Positions 9,021-20,041 are shown, numbered from the stretch's first letter. The stretch: 64,000 nt of DNA from an uncultured Pseudomonadales bacterium (GCA_964467735.1 CAYXSR010000001.1:108839-172838); one strand, 5' to 3'. Program-made: numbers and translations. Notes: a model not told the origin generated them from the letters alone.

Positions 9021-11685
9021 GTTTAAAATATTTACTTAAAAATCTACCAGTATAAGAGTCTTTAGATTTAATTATATCTCCTGGTTTTCCTTGAGCTACG
9101 ATATAACCCCCAGCATTACCACCTTCAGGACCTAAATCAACTATCCAGTCAGCATTTTTAATTACATCCAAATTGTGCTCAATAACCACAACTGAATTCC
9201 CATTATCTACTAGCTTTCTTAAGATTAAAATTAATTTCTTCAAATCATGAAAGTGTAAACCAACAGTCGGTTCATCTAAAATATACAAAGTATTCCCTCT
9301 ACTTGGTTTTACTAATTCTCGAGCTAATTTTAAACGCTGTGATTCCCCACCAGATAAAGTTGGCGATGATTGACCAATTTGAAGATATTCTAAACCAATA
9401 TCCTTTAACTTCTCTAATTTATTTACAATAAAGGAAATAGGTTTAAAAAATTCCAAAGCTTCTTCAATTGTCATTTGTAAAACTTCATAAATATTTTTAC
9501 CATTCCACTCAACCTCTAAGACTTCTTCGATAAATCTTTTTCCATGGCAAACTTCACACTCAACCCAAATGTCTGGTAAAAATTGCATTTCTATTTTAAT
9601 TTCCCCTTGTCCTTGACAAGCTTCACAACGACCGCCTTTATTATTAAAGGAAAAGAAACTTTTATTAAAACCTTTAAATTTTGCTTCTTTTGTTTGAGCA
9701 AACAGGTCTCGAATCTCATTAAAAACTGAAGTATAGGTCGCTGGATTGGAACGAGAAGTTCTTCCAATCGGCGACTGGTCAACCATTAAAACTCTATCTA
9801 AATGCTCTAAACCTGAAATCTTATCAAATTCACCTGGTTTCTTTTCAAATTCTGCATTAAAATACTCTCTTACTGCACGATATAAAGTTTCTTCAATTAA
9901 AGTTGATTTTCCGGAACCAGAAACACCAGAAATACAAACAAAGCTGTTCAAAGGTATTCTAAAATCAATATTTTTTAAATTAAATTGACGACAACCACTA
10001 ATATTTAACCAGGACTGAACTAATTTTTTATTCTTTGGAAAGATAGGAATTTTTTTAACATTTGATAAATACATTCCAGTAAGAGATTTTTTATCATTTA
10101 TGATTTTATTTAAAGTGCCTTGAGCAACTATTTCACCACCCTTCTTACCAGCTAATGGCCCAAAATCAATTATCCAGTCAGCCTCCTTCATTACTTCAAC
10201 ATCATGTTCAATAATAATTGGATTATTACCAATATCACGAAGTCTTTTTAAAGTTTGAATTAATCTTTGGTTATCACGCGGATGTAAACCGACTGTTGGC
10301 TCATCTAAGATATACAAAACACCGGTAAGCCCGGTACCTATCTGAGAGGCTAATCTTATCCGTTGACCTTCACCGGTTGAAAGAGTTCCAGCAGTCCTTG
10401 CTAAATCTAAATAATCTAAACCCACTGCCAAGAGAAATTTTAGTCTTGTTCTTATTTCTTTTAAAATTGGTTTACTTATCTGTTTTTCTTTTTCTGATTT
10501 GATAATTTTTTCAAGCCTTCCAAACCATTCATCTAATTTATCTAAAGACATTAAACTCACTTGATAAATATTTTTATTATCAATAGTGACAGCCAGCGAT
10601 TCTTTTTTTAACCGAGCACCATGACATAAAGAACAAGACTCTTTAATCATTAATTTTTCGATTTCCTTACGAATATATTCAGAACTTGTATTATAATAAG
10701 TTCTCTCTAATCTCAAAGCTCTCCATTCAGGCACTTTACTTCTGTCAATAGTTAATTTTATTCCTAGACCTTTACATTTTTCACAAGCACCAACAGGGGA
10801 ATTAAAACTAAAACTATTTGGTTCAAGCCAAGATATAGAAATGTTGCATTTTGGACAAGCATAATGTTCAGAAAAAAGTTTATCGTGCCATACTTCTGGT
10901 TGATTCGAAAAAGAAAAACTTTTGTCATTAACAAAACTTAAAATCAAAAGTCCATCTGATAACTGAAGCCCTTGGCGAATTGCTTCAAATAAGCGTGAAC
11001 GAATAGATTTAAAATCTTTTAAATTGGAAGAGTTTATAATTAATCTATCTGTAACAACATCAATATTATGTTTATTATTCTTTAGAAGATTAATTTCTTT
11101 TCCCAAATCCATTAAATAATTATCAACCCTTACCAATTCATAGCCTTCTTTAATTAAATTACTAAATAACTTCTCAAAAGTCCCTTTTCTTTCTTTTACT
11201 ACCGGCGATAAAAGATAAATCTTTGCTATTCTTGATTGGCTAATTTCTGTTTTTATTTCTTCTTCTATTTGGTCAACAATTTCCTGAATTGATTGTTGAG
11301 AAATTTCTCGACCACAGGAAGGACAATGTGGATGACCAACCCTGGCAAAAAGCAATCGTAAATAGTCATAAATCTCTGTTACTGTTCCCACTGTTGAACG
11401 AGGATTAGAAGAGATACTTTTTTGATCAATGGCAATACTTGGAGATAAACCCTCGATTAAATCAACATCTGGTCGTCCAGAAGACTGTAAAAACTGTCGA
11501 GCATAAGCAGAAAGGCTTTCCACATATCTTCTCTGTCCTTCTGCATATAAGGTATCAAAAGCCAAAGATGATTTTCCGGAACCAGAAACACCAGTAAAAA
11601 CTACCAATTTATTCTTCGGAATCTCTAAATTGATATTCTTAAGATTATGTTCTCTGGCGCCTTTAATAATTATTTTATCTTTCAT
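9013..11685 (-). CDS. uvrA: Excinuclease ABC subunit A (UvrA)
   Basis: Two ABC modules ([15 protein letters not shown] and [20 protein letters not shown] signatures) and zinc-finger Cys clusters (CPSCG, CPKC...CEKC, CEAC...CEVCHGKR). 890 aa. Confidence 0.95.
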   Translation of the reverse strand: MKDKIIIKGAREHNLKNINLEIPKNKLVVFTGVSGSGKSSLAFDTLYAEGQRRYVESLSAYARQFLQSSGRPDVDLIEGLSPSIAIDQKSISSNPRSTVGTVTEIYDYLRLLFARVGHPHCPSCGREISQQSIQEIVDQIEEEIKTEISQSRIAKIYLLSPVVKERKGTFEKLFSNLIKEGYELVRVDNYLMDLGKEINLLKNNKHNIDVVTDRLIINSSNLKDFKSIRSRLFEAIRQGLQLSDGLLILSFVNDKSFSFSNQPEVWHDKLFSEHYACPKCNISISWLEPNSFSFNSPVGACEKCKGLGIKLTIDRSKVPEWRALRLERTYYNTSSEYIRKEIEKLMIKESCSLCHGARLKKESLAVTIDNKNIYQVSLMSLDKLDEWFGRLEKIIKSEKEKQISKPILKEIRTRLKFLLAVGLDYLDLARTAGTLSTGEGQRIRLASQIGTGLTGVLYILDEPTVGLHPRDNQRLIQTLKRLRDIGNNPIIIEHDVEVMKEADWIIDFGPLAGKKGGEIVAQGTLNKIINDKKSLTGMYLSNVKKIPIFPKNKKLVQSWLNISGCRQFNLKNIDFRIPLNSFVCISGVSGSGKSTLIEETLYRAVREYFNAEFEKKPGEFDKISGLEHLDRVLMVDQSPIGRTSRSNPATYTSVFNEIRDLFAQTKEAKFKGFNKSFFSFNNKGGRCEACQGQGEIKIEMQFLPDIWVECEVCHGKRFIEEVLEVEWNGKNIYEVLQMTIEEALEFFKPISFIVNKLEKLKDIGLEYLQIGQSSPTLSGGESQRLKLARELVKPSRGNTLYILDEPTVGLHFHDLKKLILILRKLVDNGNSVVVIEHNLDVIKNADWIVDLGPEGGNAGGYIVAQGKPGDIIKSKDSYTGRFLSKYFKHG

Positions 11686-11799
11686 AAAATTAATCCTTAA
11701 TTTTTGAGAATAAAAACTCCGCCTCCTGTTAGCAACATATTACTAACATACGGCTGAGTTAATTATAGCAAACAAAGATTTTCTTGTCTTAAAAAGATT

Positions 11800-13794
11800 T
11801 TAATTAGTCTCAATTTCTAATATTTTATCTCTTATTTTTGCTGCTTGTTCAAAATCTAAATTTCTAGCATATTCGCGCATTTCTTTTTCTAGTTTCTTAA
11901 TTAGTTTTTTTCTGTCCTGAGGTGTTAATTGGTTTGGATCAATTTCTTCTTCCTCTTCTATTTCTTTTTCAATCAGCTTTGGTCTTATAGCTTTTTTAAT
12001 TGATTGGGGAGTAATGTTGTTTCTTTTATTATATTCCTGCTGTATTCTCCGTCTTCTTTCTACCTCTGAAATTGCTTGCCTCATTGCTTCACTCTCCTCA
12101 TCGGCATATAAAATCACTTTTCCTTTAACATTTCTAGCCGCCCGCCCCATAATTTGAATTAAACTAGTTTTAGAGCGTAAAAAACCTTGTTTATCTGCCT
12201 CTAAAATCGCTACCAATCCTACTTCTGGTAGGTCCAATCCCTCTCTTAAAAGATTGATTCCTACTAATACATCAAAATTGCCAGATCTTAAATCAGCCAA
12301 AACATCAGTTCTTTTTAGAGTATCAATATCTGAATGAAGGTAGGTAACTTTCAAATCAGTATTGGTTTTACTTGGATCAGATAAATAAGTGGCTAAATCT
12401 TCTGCTAGTCTTTTTGTCAAAGTAATTACCAAACTTCTTTGTCCTTGTTTCTTCTTTTGTTTAATTTGTTCGATTAAGTCTTTCACTTGGTTATCTGCAG
12501 GCAAAATTTTCACTGGTGGGTCTACAAGACCAGTTGGTCTAATAATTTGTTCAACTATTTTTCCATTACTTTTTTGAACCTCCCAATCTCCTGGAGTAGC
12601 CGAAACATAAATCCCTTGGGGAATTCTAGCCAAGATTTCATTAAACTTTAACGGTCGATTATCTAAACAAGAAGGAAGCCGAAAACCAAAATCAATAAGA
12701 TTTTCTTTCCGAGCAAGATCACCATAAAACATCCCTCGTAATTGAGGAATTGTTACATGAGATTCATCAACAACAACCAAAAATTTATCTTTATATTTGT
12801 AATTAAAATAGTCTAGTAAAGAATATGGTGGGTCGCCAGGATTACGACCATCAAAATATCGCGAATAATTTTCAATTCCATTAACATATCCAGTCTCGGC
12901 AATCATTTGTAAATCATAATTAACTCTTTTTTCGATCCTCTGAGCTTCTACTATTTTCCCTTGCTTTTTAAATAGACTTACTTGTCTTCCCTTTTCATCT
13001 TTAATAGTCTTAAAAATATTTCCTAAATCACCGGAAGCAGTTAAAAAATGTTTCGCCGGATAAATAGCGGTTGTCTCTTTTTCTTTTATTCTTTTATTAT
13101 TTAAACTAGCTATTTCAATTTTCTTAATCTTATTATTGTCAAAATAAATTTTAATAATTCTATCATCTGAATAAGGAAGAAAAATATCCAAACGATTTTG
13201 TCGTTGTCTAAAAGTTCCCGGTAAAAAATCAGCTGTTGCTCGCTGGTAGTAAAGTTCCACTAGTCGCTGGCCAACGGAAAACAAATCTTGCCTGTCACCT
13301 TTTTTTAACAGAATCGTTTGTTCTTTATATATTCCTGGGGCGCCAATATTATAAATACAAGAAACTGAAGCAATTACAATATTTCGAGGATAAGCAAAAA
13401 TATCGCTAGTAGCTTGAAGTCTTAACTGTTCAATTAGAGGGTTTATATCTACTTCTTTGGTAATATATGTATCAGATGCTGGAAGATAGGCCTCCGGTTG
13501 ATAATAATCATAATAAGAAACAAAATAAGAAACTGGATTGTTAGGAAAGAATTCTTTTAATTCTTGATAAAGTTGAGCCGCTAAAGTTTTATTGTGAGAA
13601 ATTATTAAAGTTGGTAACTGGCTTTCTTCGATTACCTTAGCAATAGTAAAAGTTTTACCACTGCCAGTAACTCCTAGCAATACTTGGTGTCTTTCTCCTT
13701 CTTCAAGTCCCTTTTTTAAAATTTCAATTGCTCGGGGTTGATCACCTCTTGGTTTAAATTTTGATTTTATTTTAAATTTATCCATACTTACCAA
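11800..13794 (-). CDS. uvrB: Excinuclease ABC subunit B (UvrB)
   Basis: Helicase motifs GVTGSGKT and VVDESHVT, and a C-terminal UVR domain DFEQAAKIRDKILEIE. 664 aa. Overlaps the upstream helicase-nuclease gene by 7 nt. Confidence 0.95.
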   Translation of the reverse strand: MVSMDKFKIKSKFKPRGDQPRAIEILKKGLEEGERHQVLLGVTGSGKTFTIAKVIEESQLPTLIISHNKTLAAQLYQELKEFFPNNPVSYFVSYYDYYQPEAYLPASDTYITKEVDINPLIEQLRLQATSDIFAYPRNIVIASVSCIYNIGAPGIYKEQTILLKKGDRQDLFSVGQRLVELYYQRATADFLPGTFRQRQNRLDIFLPYSDDRIIKIYFDNNKIKKIEIASLNNKRIKEKETTAIYPAKHFLTASGDLGNIFKTIKDEKGRQVSLFKKQGKIVEAQRIEKRVNYDLQMIAETGYVNGIENYSRYFDGRNPGDPPYSLLDYFNYKYKDKFLVVVDESHVTIPQLRGMFYGDLARKENLIDFGFRLPSCLDNRPLKFNEILARIPQGIYVSATPGDWEVQKSNGKIVEQIIRPTGLVDPPVKILPADNQVKDLIEQIKQKKKQGQRSLVITLTKRLAEDLATYLSDPSKTNTDLKVTYLHSDIDTLKRTDVLADLRSGNFDVLVGINLLREGLDLPEVGLVAILEADKQGFLRSKTSLIQIMGRAARNVKGKVILYADEESEAMRQAISEVERRRRIQQEYNKRNNITPQSIKKAIRPKLIEKEIEEEEEIDPNQLTPQDRKKLIKKLEKEMREYARNLDFEQAAKIRDKILEIETN

Positions 13795-16682
13795 ACAGGA
13801 CAGATTATTTTAAATGGACAGAAGTCGCAAAATGGTCCAGGAGTAGGATTAAAATTAGATTCTTTAATTTCTTCTGCTTTTTTAACTATTTCTTTTTTTG
13901 TTTGTTTTATTTGATCTTCTACCCTTTGAGTAGAGATTTTTTCTTGAGTTTCAAAAAAATAGAACGATAGTATTATGTTTTCTGGTTTTTGATTATAAAG
14001 TCCTGGGTCGGTAGCAGCCATCGCATAAAGAGTCATTTGTAAATCTTTATCAACTTCTTTCTTGCTCGCTAAACGACCAGTTTTATAGTCAATAATTTCT
14101 ATTTTTCCATCACTAAGCTTATCAATACGATCAATTCTACCACCTACTTTCAAACTTGGAGAAATTTTTAAAGTAAATGTTTGTTCTAAAGCAATCGGAT
14201 TATCTTCTTTCTTATAAGTTTTATTAAAAAATTCTATTAAAATCTTTTCCGCTCGTTGATACATTCTTTGTTCATGAGCTTTAGAATTATAACCTTCTTT
14301 TTGCCAATATTTTTTTAGTAATCCTATTAATTTATCTTTACTAACTGTAATACCGTCTCTAACTTGTTGATAAAAATCTTTTAAAACATTATGGATAGAG
14401 GTTCCAAAAGCCGCCGCCGCAAAAGTAGGTACGGGAATTTGTAAAAAATATTTATATTTATATTGCAACGGACACATTTTAAAAGTTTCTATTTGGGAAT
14501 AAGAAAGGAAATTTACTGGATAGATTATGTTTTGATTAATTAAAGTAGATTTTGTTTGTTTTACTGGTTGAAAATCAAAAATAGAAAGTTGACTTTCTTC
14601 TATATTTTTAATTTGGAGAGAATTTTTTATTTGTTCTATACCTAAAGTTTCATAAACAAAAGGAGAAATCTTTTTAATTCTTTTTGCTTCTCCGTAATAT
14701 TTAGATGCGGTAAGAAAAAGGAGATCTTTTGCTCTGGTCATCCCTACATAAAATAAACGCCGTTCTTCCTGCTCGTGAGAATCTCCTTCTGGTAAAACCT
14801 CTTCAATTAAATCATCTGGTATTGGAATTTGATCTTTCCTATCTCTTGTTGGAAAACGATCAGAAACTAAATTAACAATAAAGACTATTGGGAATTCCAA
14901 ACCTTTAGAGCTATGAATGGTTAAAATATTTACTTTATTTTCTTCTGTCCAATCATTATCTGAAGCTAAAGGAGACTCACCCATTTCTATTTTTAAATTA
15001 ATCCAATCAACTATTGCCTCAATACTATTATCTTCATGGTCCACTTCATAACTTTTTAATTTATTAAAAAATTTAGTAATATTTTCTGTTTTTTGTTGTT
15101 CCTTTTCTGTTTTTGGTTCTGCTAATTGCTGAAGTAGGCCAGAATCTTGAAGAAAATAGTAACTTATTTGACCACCAGTTTCTGTAGCAATTAATTTTAA
15201 ATGGCGATGAATCATGTCAACGAGCTTTTTAATTTTTTCTTTATTTTCTGAAGAAATAAAAAGTTTATCAGCTTGTTCGGCGGCCTCAAAAAAAGAAATA
15301 TTCATTTTCTTACTAAAATTCTTCAAAGCAGCGATATCCCGACTAGAAATATCAAAAACTGGTAACGATAAAACTCTAAAAAAAGAGACATTATCTTCAA
15401 AGTTATATAAAACTCTAAGATAAGCTATTAGATCTTTTACTTCATCTTGTCGGAAAAGTTTTCCTGGTCCTAAAAATTGAAAAGGAATACCATTTCTCAG
15501 AAAAGAGCTAACAAATGGTTCGGCATGATTGTTAGCTCTAACCAGAATAGCAATTTCTCCATACTTATATTGGCTTTTTTGATTAACAAGTTTTTTAATT
15601 TCTTTCACTACCGTATCGGCTTCATCTTCAACCCTATTACGAAATAAAAATTTAATTTCTTCTCCCTTAATCCGTCGATTAGATACTAATTTTTTATCGA
15701 TATTCTCTTTTACTTCCAAACGGTCAGGATTATTATTTTGAATCAATTTATATGCTTTATTTAGAATTTCTTGGGTTGAACGATAATTCTTTGTCAAGCT
15801 TATAATTTTAGTTTTGGGGTATTCCTGTTTAAATTGTAAAACATTAGAAATTGCTGCTCCTCGCCACTTATAGATAGATTGATCATCATCAGCAACAACA
15901 GTAAGATTGGCTTTTGTCCCAGCTAAAAGTATAACTAATTTATTTTGAGCAACATTTGTATCTTGAAACTCATCGACCAAAATATATTTGAATTTTTGTT
16001 GATATTTTTTCAAAATATTCTTTCTTTTTCTAAATAAATTTAGAGTATGAGTAATTAAATCGGCGAAGTCCATTAATCCTTCTTTTACTTTTAGTTCTTG
16101 GTACTTTCGATAGGCTTTAACCAACTCTAAATCTTTTTTAATCTCCTCTTTTTCTTTACTAGACTTTTTTTGTTGCTTCTCTAACCAATCAGAATATTTT
16201 TTTGGAGAAATGTCTTCATCTCTCAAACGATTGAAGTGAACTAAAAGGCCATTTAAAAATCTTGTCGGATTACCGGCTGGGCGATAATAATCAAGTTCAA
16301 AATCAAAAAGGTGCTTTTTCAAAAATAAAAGTGTCTCTGCTTCGGTCATCAAGGAATAATGAGGATCTAAACCAATATTTAATGCCTCATCGCGCAAAAC
16401 TCGATCACAAAATGCATGGAAAGTAGAAATCCACATTTGAAAACAACCCAAAGGCATAATTTCATCCACTCTTTGCTCCATCTCCAAAGCTGCTTTCTCG
16501 GTAAAAGTCAACGCTAAAATTTCTGACGGTTTGGCAATTTTTGAAGAAATTAAATGTTTTATTCTTTCGGTAACTACAGTGGTTTTTCCTGTACCAGCAC
16601 CAGCAATGATTAATAGTGGCCCTCGACCATACTTTATTGCTTGAAGCTGTTGTTGATTCAAAACCTTATTATCATCAACCAT
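13788..16682 (-). CDS. Fused UvrD-like SF1 helicase and C-terminal PD-(D/E)xK Cas4/AddB-type nuclease with a 4-Cys FeS-cluster signature
   Basis: N-terminal Walker A AGAGTGKTTVVTER, VDEFQDTN, and LFYVGMTRAK. C-terminal nuclease motifs GRIDRID, IEIIDYKTG and QMTLYAMAA. Cysteines are placed as FKMCPLQY near the start of the nuclease domain and CDFCPFKIIC at the extreme C-terminus (Cas4/AddB iron-sulfur arrangement). Confidence 0.8.
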   Translation of the reverse strand: MVDDNKVLNQQQLQAIKYGRGPLLIIAGAGTGKTTVVTERIKHLISSKIAKPSEILALTFTEKAALEMEQRVDEIMPLGCFQMWISTFHAFCDRVLRDEALNIGLDPHYSLMTEAETLLFLKKHLFDFELDYYRPAGNPTRFLNGLLVHFNRLRDEDISPKKYSDWLEKQQKKSSKEKEEIKKDLELVKAYRKYQELKVKEGLMDFADLITHTLNLFRKRKNILKKYQQKFKYILVDEFQDTNVAQNKLVILLAGTKANLTVVADDDQSIYKWRGAAISNVLQFKQEYPKTKIISLTKNYRSTQEILNKAYKLIQNNNPDRLEVKENIDKKLVSNRRIKGEEIKFLFRNRVEDEADTVVKEIKKLVNQKSQYKYGEIAILVRANNHAEPFVSSFLRNGIPFQFLGPGKLFRQDEVKDLIAYLRVLYNFEDNVSFFRVLSLPVFDISSRDIAALKNFSKKMNISFFEAAEQADKLFISSENKEKIKKLVDMIHRHLKLIATETGGQISYYFLQDSGLLQQLAEPKTEKEQQKTENITKFFNKLKSYEVDHEDNSIEAIVDWINLKIEMGESPLASDNDWTEENKVNILTIHSSKGLEFPIVFIVNLVSDRFPTRDRKDQIPIPDDLIEEVLPEGDSHEQEERRLFYVGMTRAKDLLFLTASKYYGEAKRIKKISPFVYETLGIEQIKNSLQIKNIEESQLSIFDFQPVKQTKSTLINQNIIYPVNFLSYSQIETFKMCPLQYKYKYFLQIPVPTFAAAAFGTSIHNVLKDFYQQVRDGITVSKDKLIGLLKKYWQKEGYNSKAHEQRMYQRAEKILIEFFNKTYKKEDNPIALEQTFTLKISPSLKVGGRIDRIDKLSDGKIEIIDYKTGRLASKKEVDKDLQMTLYAMAATDPGLYNQKPENIILSFYFFETQEKISTQRVEDQIKQTKKEIVKKAEEIKESNFNPTPGPFCDFCPFKIICPVW

Positions 16683-16683
16683 C

Positions 16684-17751
16684 TTAAGTTTCTTTTTTTA
16701 ATTGCTTAAATTCTTTTTCCGTATCTGCCTCTGATAGGGCTTGAGTAGAAGAAAGTTTTTGACCTAATAAAGAAAAGTTTTGTAGAACGTTAGAAAATTG
16801 ATTATAAGCATTATTAAGATGTTTGCCTAAAACTTGTAAAACTCCTTCTGTTTTTTCATAGTCTTTTTGGATTGCTCTTAAAAGTCGGAAGACTTGGCGC
16901 GAACGAGTTTCGATTTTCTTTCCTTCAAATGATAAAAGAATCATTTGAAGATGAGCATATAATGTTGTTGGCGAAACAGGATAAACACGATAGTGACGAG
17001 CAAGATCAGTAATATCAGAGATATTAACAATCTCATAATATACTGGCTCTGAAGGTATATACATTAGAGCAAAATCCATTGTTCCTTCTTCTGGTAGAAT
17101 ATATTTCTTCGAAATATCTTTTATGTGTTTTCTTACATCAGAAACAAAAACTTTTCTTATTTTATCTCTTTCTCCTTTTGTTTCCGCTTTAATCATCCTT
17201 TGAAAATTTTCCATTGGAAATTTAGAATCAATTGACAAAATACCAGCATCTGTTTTTAAAGCCGCATCTACTTTTTCTCCACTTTTAAAACTATATTGAA
17301 GATGAAAACTATTTTTGGGAAACATCTGGGAAATTAAATCTTTTAAAACTTCTTCACCAATATTTCCTCTAAGTTTGGGACTTTTTAAAAATTCTTGAAG
17401 ATCTTTCATTGATCGACCGATTTCACTCATCTGACCGACTTCTTTAGCAACTTTAGAAATATAATGAGCGGCATTATCTAAACGCTCATTCATTGCTTTA
17501 GTTGATTGATGAAGAGTATCAGAAATATTTTTATTAGTTAAATTGAGAACGTCCTGTAAGGTCCTTGATTGGCTTTGAAGTCCTCTTTGTAAATTATTAG
17601 TCCCTTTTTGTAAAGTCTCAATTACCCTTAAGAGGTTTTCATCAGTTTTATTATCTTTTACCAATTGTGTTAACTTACGACTAATAAACCATGTAAAAAT
17701 AGCTAAAGCAGAAATTATTAAAGCAACAATAAGATAAATTTCATTAGTCAT
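16684..17751 (-). CDS. rmuC: DNA recombination protein RmuC-like
   Basis: N-terminal TM segment, a long coiled-coil, and a C-terminal RmuC-type region. Its stop lies 2 nt upstream of the helicase-nuclease start, so the two are in an operon. Confidence 0.7.
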   Translation of the reverse strand: MTNEIYLIVALIISALAIFTWFISRKLTQLVKDNKTDENLLRVIETLQKGTNNLQRGLQSQSRTLQDVLNLTNKNISDTLHQSTKAMNERLDNAAHYISKVAKEVGQMSEIGRSMKDLQEFLKSPKLRGNIGEEVLKDLISQMFPKNSFHLQYSFKSGEKVDAALKTDAGILSIDSKFPMENFQRMIKAETKGERDKIRKVFVSDVRKHIKDISKKYILPEEGTMDFALMYIPSEPVYYEIVNISDITDLARHYRVYPVSPTTLYAHLQMILLSFEGKKIETRSRQVFRLLRAIQKDYEKTEGVLQVLGKHLNNAYNQFSNVLQNFSLLGQKLSSTQALSEADTEKEFKQLKKET

Positions 17752-17777
17752 ATAATTTATTATACAATGAAAAAGAG

Positions 17778-18113
17778 ATGGCTAAAAGAAAACAAAAGAA
17801 TTTTTTCTTAACTCTTATTTTTTTAATCTTGTTTTGGCTAATCCAAATCTTTATCATTTTCTTTATAGAACCAGAGACTATCAGAGACCTTCCTTTTCCT
17901 GGTTCTTATTTTTTATTTTTTCTTAATCTATTTTTAGCTCTTTTTTTCACTTTTGCTCTTCTGTTTGCCAATTCAAGAACCGGCTTTTTGTTCTCCTTAG
18001 GAATAACAATTTTTTTATTCCTAAGAGTTCATCAACTAGGTAATATTTTAAATTTAATATTAATTGTCGGAATTATTACTGTTTTAGAAATTTACTTCCG
18101 ACGGAGAAATTGA
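17778..18113 (+). CDS. Small integral membrane protein (3-4 TM), hypothetical
   Basis: 111-aa hydrophobic ORF, divergent from rmuC. No recognisable family. Confidence 0.4.
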   Translation: MAKRKQKNFFLTLIFLILFWLIQIFIIFFIEPETIRDLPFPGSYFLFFLNLFLALFFTFALLFANSRTGFLFSLGITIFLFLRVHQLGNILNLILIVGIITVLEIYFRRRN

Positions 18114-18165
18114 TATAGTAAAATTATCTACTTTAAATAATTAAACTGCCAAGAAAGGATATCAA

Positions 18166-18540
18166 ATGCAAATTTCAAAATCAAGACTCTCTAGAACAAT
18201 AAAAGAGCAAATTTTAATTAACCTTTTTCAGGTTTTTACTGATCTAAATACAATCGAAGATGTTAAAAGTTTTATGGAATCTTTTTATTCAAAAGATGAA
18301 ATAATTACGGCGGCTAAACGTTTAGCAGTTGCTTGTTCTTTAGAAAAAGGAGACTCTTACGAAGAAATCAAAAATATGTTCCGGGTCTCTAGCGCTACTA
18401 TTGCAAATGTCGATAAAATAAAAAATCAAAACAAGAAAGGTTTTAATATTGCCTTTGAAAGACTTGAAGCAGAACATTGGGCGGGTGAATTGGCCAAGAA
18501 AATCTCTAACACTGTTGGTAAAATAATAAAGAAGGATTAA
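18166..18540 (+). CDS. TrpR-like YerC/YecD-family DNA-binding protein
   Basis: About 120 aa with the HTH signature GDSYEEIKNMFRVSSATIANV (G-x-SY-x-EI...S-x-ATI-x-RV pattern). Immediately upstream of metG. Confidence 0.55.
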   Translation: MQISKSRLSRTIKEQILINLFQVFTDLNTIEDVKSFMESFYSKDEIITAAKRLAVACSLEKGDSYEEIKNMFRVSSATIANVDKIKNQNKKGFNIAFERLEAEHWAGELAKKISNTVGKIIKKD

Positions 18541-18543
18541 TTT

Positions 18544-19998
18544 ATGGCTGAAAAAAAGTTTTATATTACTACTGCTATTCCATATGTGAACGCTGCTCCT
18601 CATCTTGGTTTTGCTCTTGAGATTATTCAAGCTGATGTTGTCGCTCGTTATCACCGACTTTTAGGAGAGAATGTTTTCTTTTTAGCAGGTACTGATGAAA
18701 ACGCTTTAAAAAATGTCCAAGCTGCTGAAAAAGAAGGTATTAGTCCGAAACAATTAGTTGATAAATATTCAGCTCGATTTAAAGCTTTAAAACAGGCTCT
18801 TAATCTCTCATTTGATGATTTCATTAGGACTACCGAAAAAAGACATTTTAAAGGATCACAGAAATTCTGGAAGGCTTGTCAAAAAGATATTTATAAAAAA
18901 ATTTACAAAGGTTGGTATTGTGTTGGCTGTGAAGAATTTAAAACTAAAAAGGACCTAATCAATGGTACATGTCCTGAACATCCTAATAAAAATCTAGAGC
19001 TAATTGAAGAAGAAAATTATTTTTTTAGACTATCTAAATATCAAAAACAACTAGAAAAACTTATTAAAAAAGATAAACTTAAAATTGTTCCCCTAGAGAG
19101 AAAAAATGAAATTCTTCAGTTTATCAAAACCGGACTAAAGGATTTTTCTATTTCCCGATCTTTTGAAAGAGCTAAGGGCTGGGGAATTCCTGTACCAAAT
19201 GATGAACAACAAATTATTTATGTTTGGTTTGATGCTTTAATCAATTATGTCACTGCTTTAGGTTATGCCAGTAATAGTAAATTATTCAAAAAATTTTGGC
19301 TAGAAAACAACAATATTCTTCATTGTATTGGTAAAGGAATTATCCGTTTTCATGCTGTTTACTGGCCAGCAATGTTAATGTCGGCTGGATTACCCCTCCC
19401 TAAAGAAGAATTGATACATGGGTACGTTACAATTAATGGTCAAAAAATATCTAAATCTTTAGGTAATGTCATTGATCCTTTTGAATTAGTTAAAAAATAT
19501 GGCACTGATGCTGTTCGTTATTATCTTTTAAAGGAAATTCCTTCCACTAAAGATGGCGATTTTACAATTGCTCATTTTGAAGAAGTTTACAATGCTGATT
19601 TGGCTAATGGTTTAGGAAACTTAGTCCAAAGAGTAGCTGTTTTAGCAGAAAAGGCTGGATTGAAAGGGTTTAAGAAACAAAAAGATATTATTGATCAAAT
19701 TGATATTGCTAATTTTATGGATAATTTTGATTTTCATCAGGTGTTAATTTATATTTGGGGTTACATGTCTGGATTAGATAGATATATCAACAAAGAACGG
19801 CCTTGGGAAAAATCTGGAAATGATGCTATAAAAATTTTATCTAAAATTATTGTTGCCGATGAAGGCTGTCGAGGAATTTTAAATATCGCTAGTCTGATTT
19901 CTCCCTTTTTACCAGAAACTGCTCAAAGAATTGAAGAAATATTTACTGCTCAAAGAATTGAAGCACCAAAAAAACCTCTTTTTCCTCGCTTACACTAA
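18544..19998 (+). CDS. metG: Methionyl-tRNA synthetase (short form)
   Basis: Class-I motifs PHLGFALE (HIGH-type) and KISKS (KMSKS). Zn knuckle CVGCEEF...CPEHPN. 484 aa. Confidence 0.9.
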   Translation: MAEKKFYITTAIPYVNAAPHLGFALEIIQADVVARYHRLLGENVFFLAGTDENALKNVQAAEKEGISPKQLVDKYSARFKALKQALNLSFDDFIRTTEKRHFKGSQKFWKACQKDIYKKIYKGWYCVGCEEFKTKKDLINGTCPEHPNKNLELIEEENYFFRLSKYQKQLEKLIKKDKLKIVPLERKNEILQFIKTGLKDFSISRSFERAKGWGIPVPNDEQQIIYVWFDALINYVTALGYASNSKLFKKFWLENNNILHCIGKGIIRFHAVYWPAMLMSAGLPLPKEELIHGYVTINGQKISKSLGNVIDPFELVKKYGTDAVRYYLLKEIPSTKDGDFTIAHFEEVYNADLANGLGNLVQRVAVLAEKAGLKGFKKQKDIIDQIDIANFMDNFDFHQVLIYIWGYMSGLDRYINKERPWEKSGNDAIKILSKIIVADEGCRGILNIASLISPFLPETAQRIEEIFTAQRIEAPKKPLFPRLH

Positions 19999-20041
19999 TT
20001 CATCTTTAAGTTATCTTGTTAAAGTGAGAAAATAATATATT

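Noticed and set aside
11686-11799. Imperfect palindrome GTTAGCAACATATTACTAAC in the uvrB-uvrA spacer as a possible LexA/SOS box
   Set aside because: It matches none of the LexA consensus families I know (CTGT-N8-ACAG, GAAC-N4-GTTC, GTTC-N7-GTTC). It has 4 mismatches in 20 bp, and no lexA gene is visible in the window. Left as unexplained.
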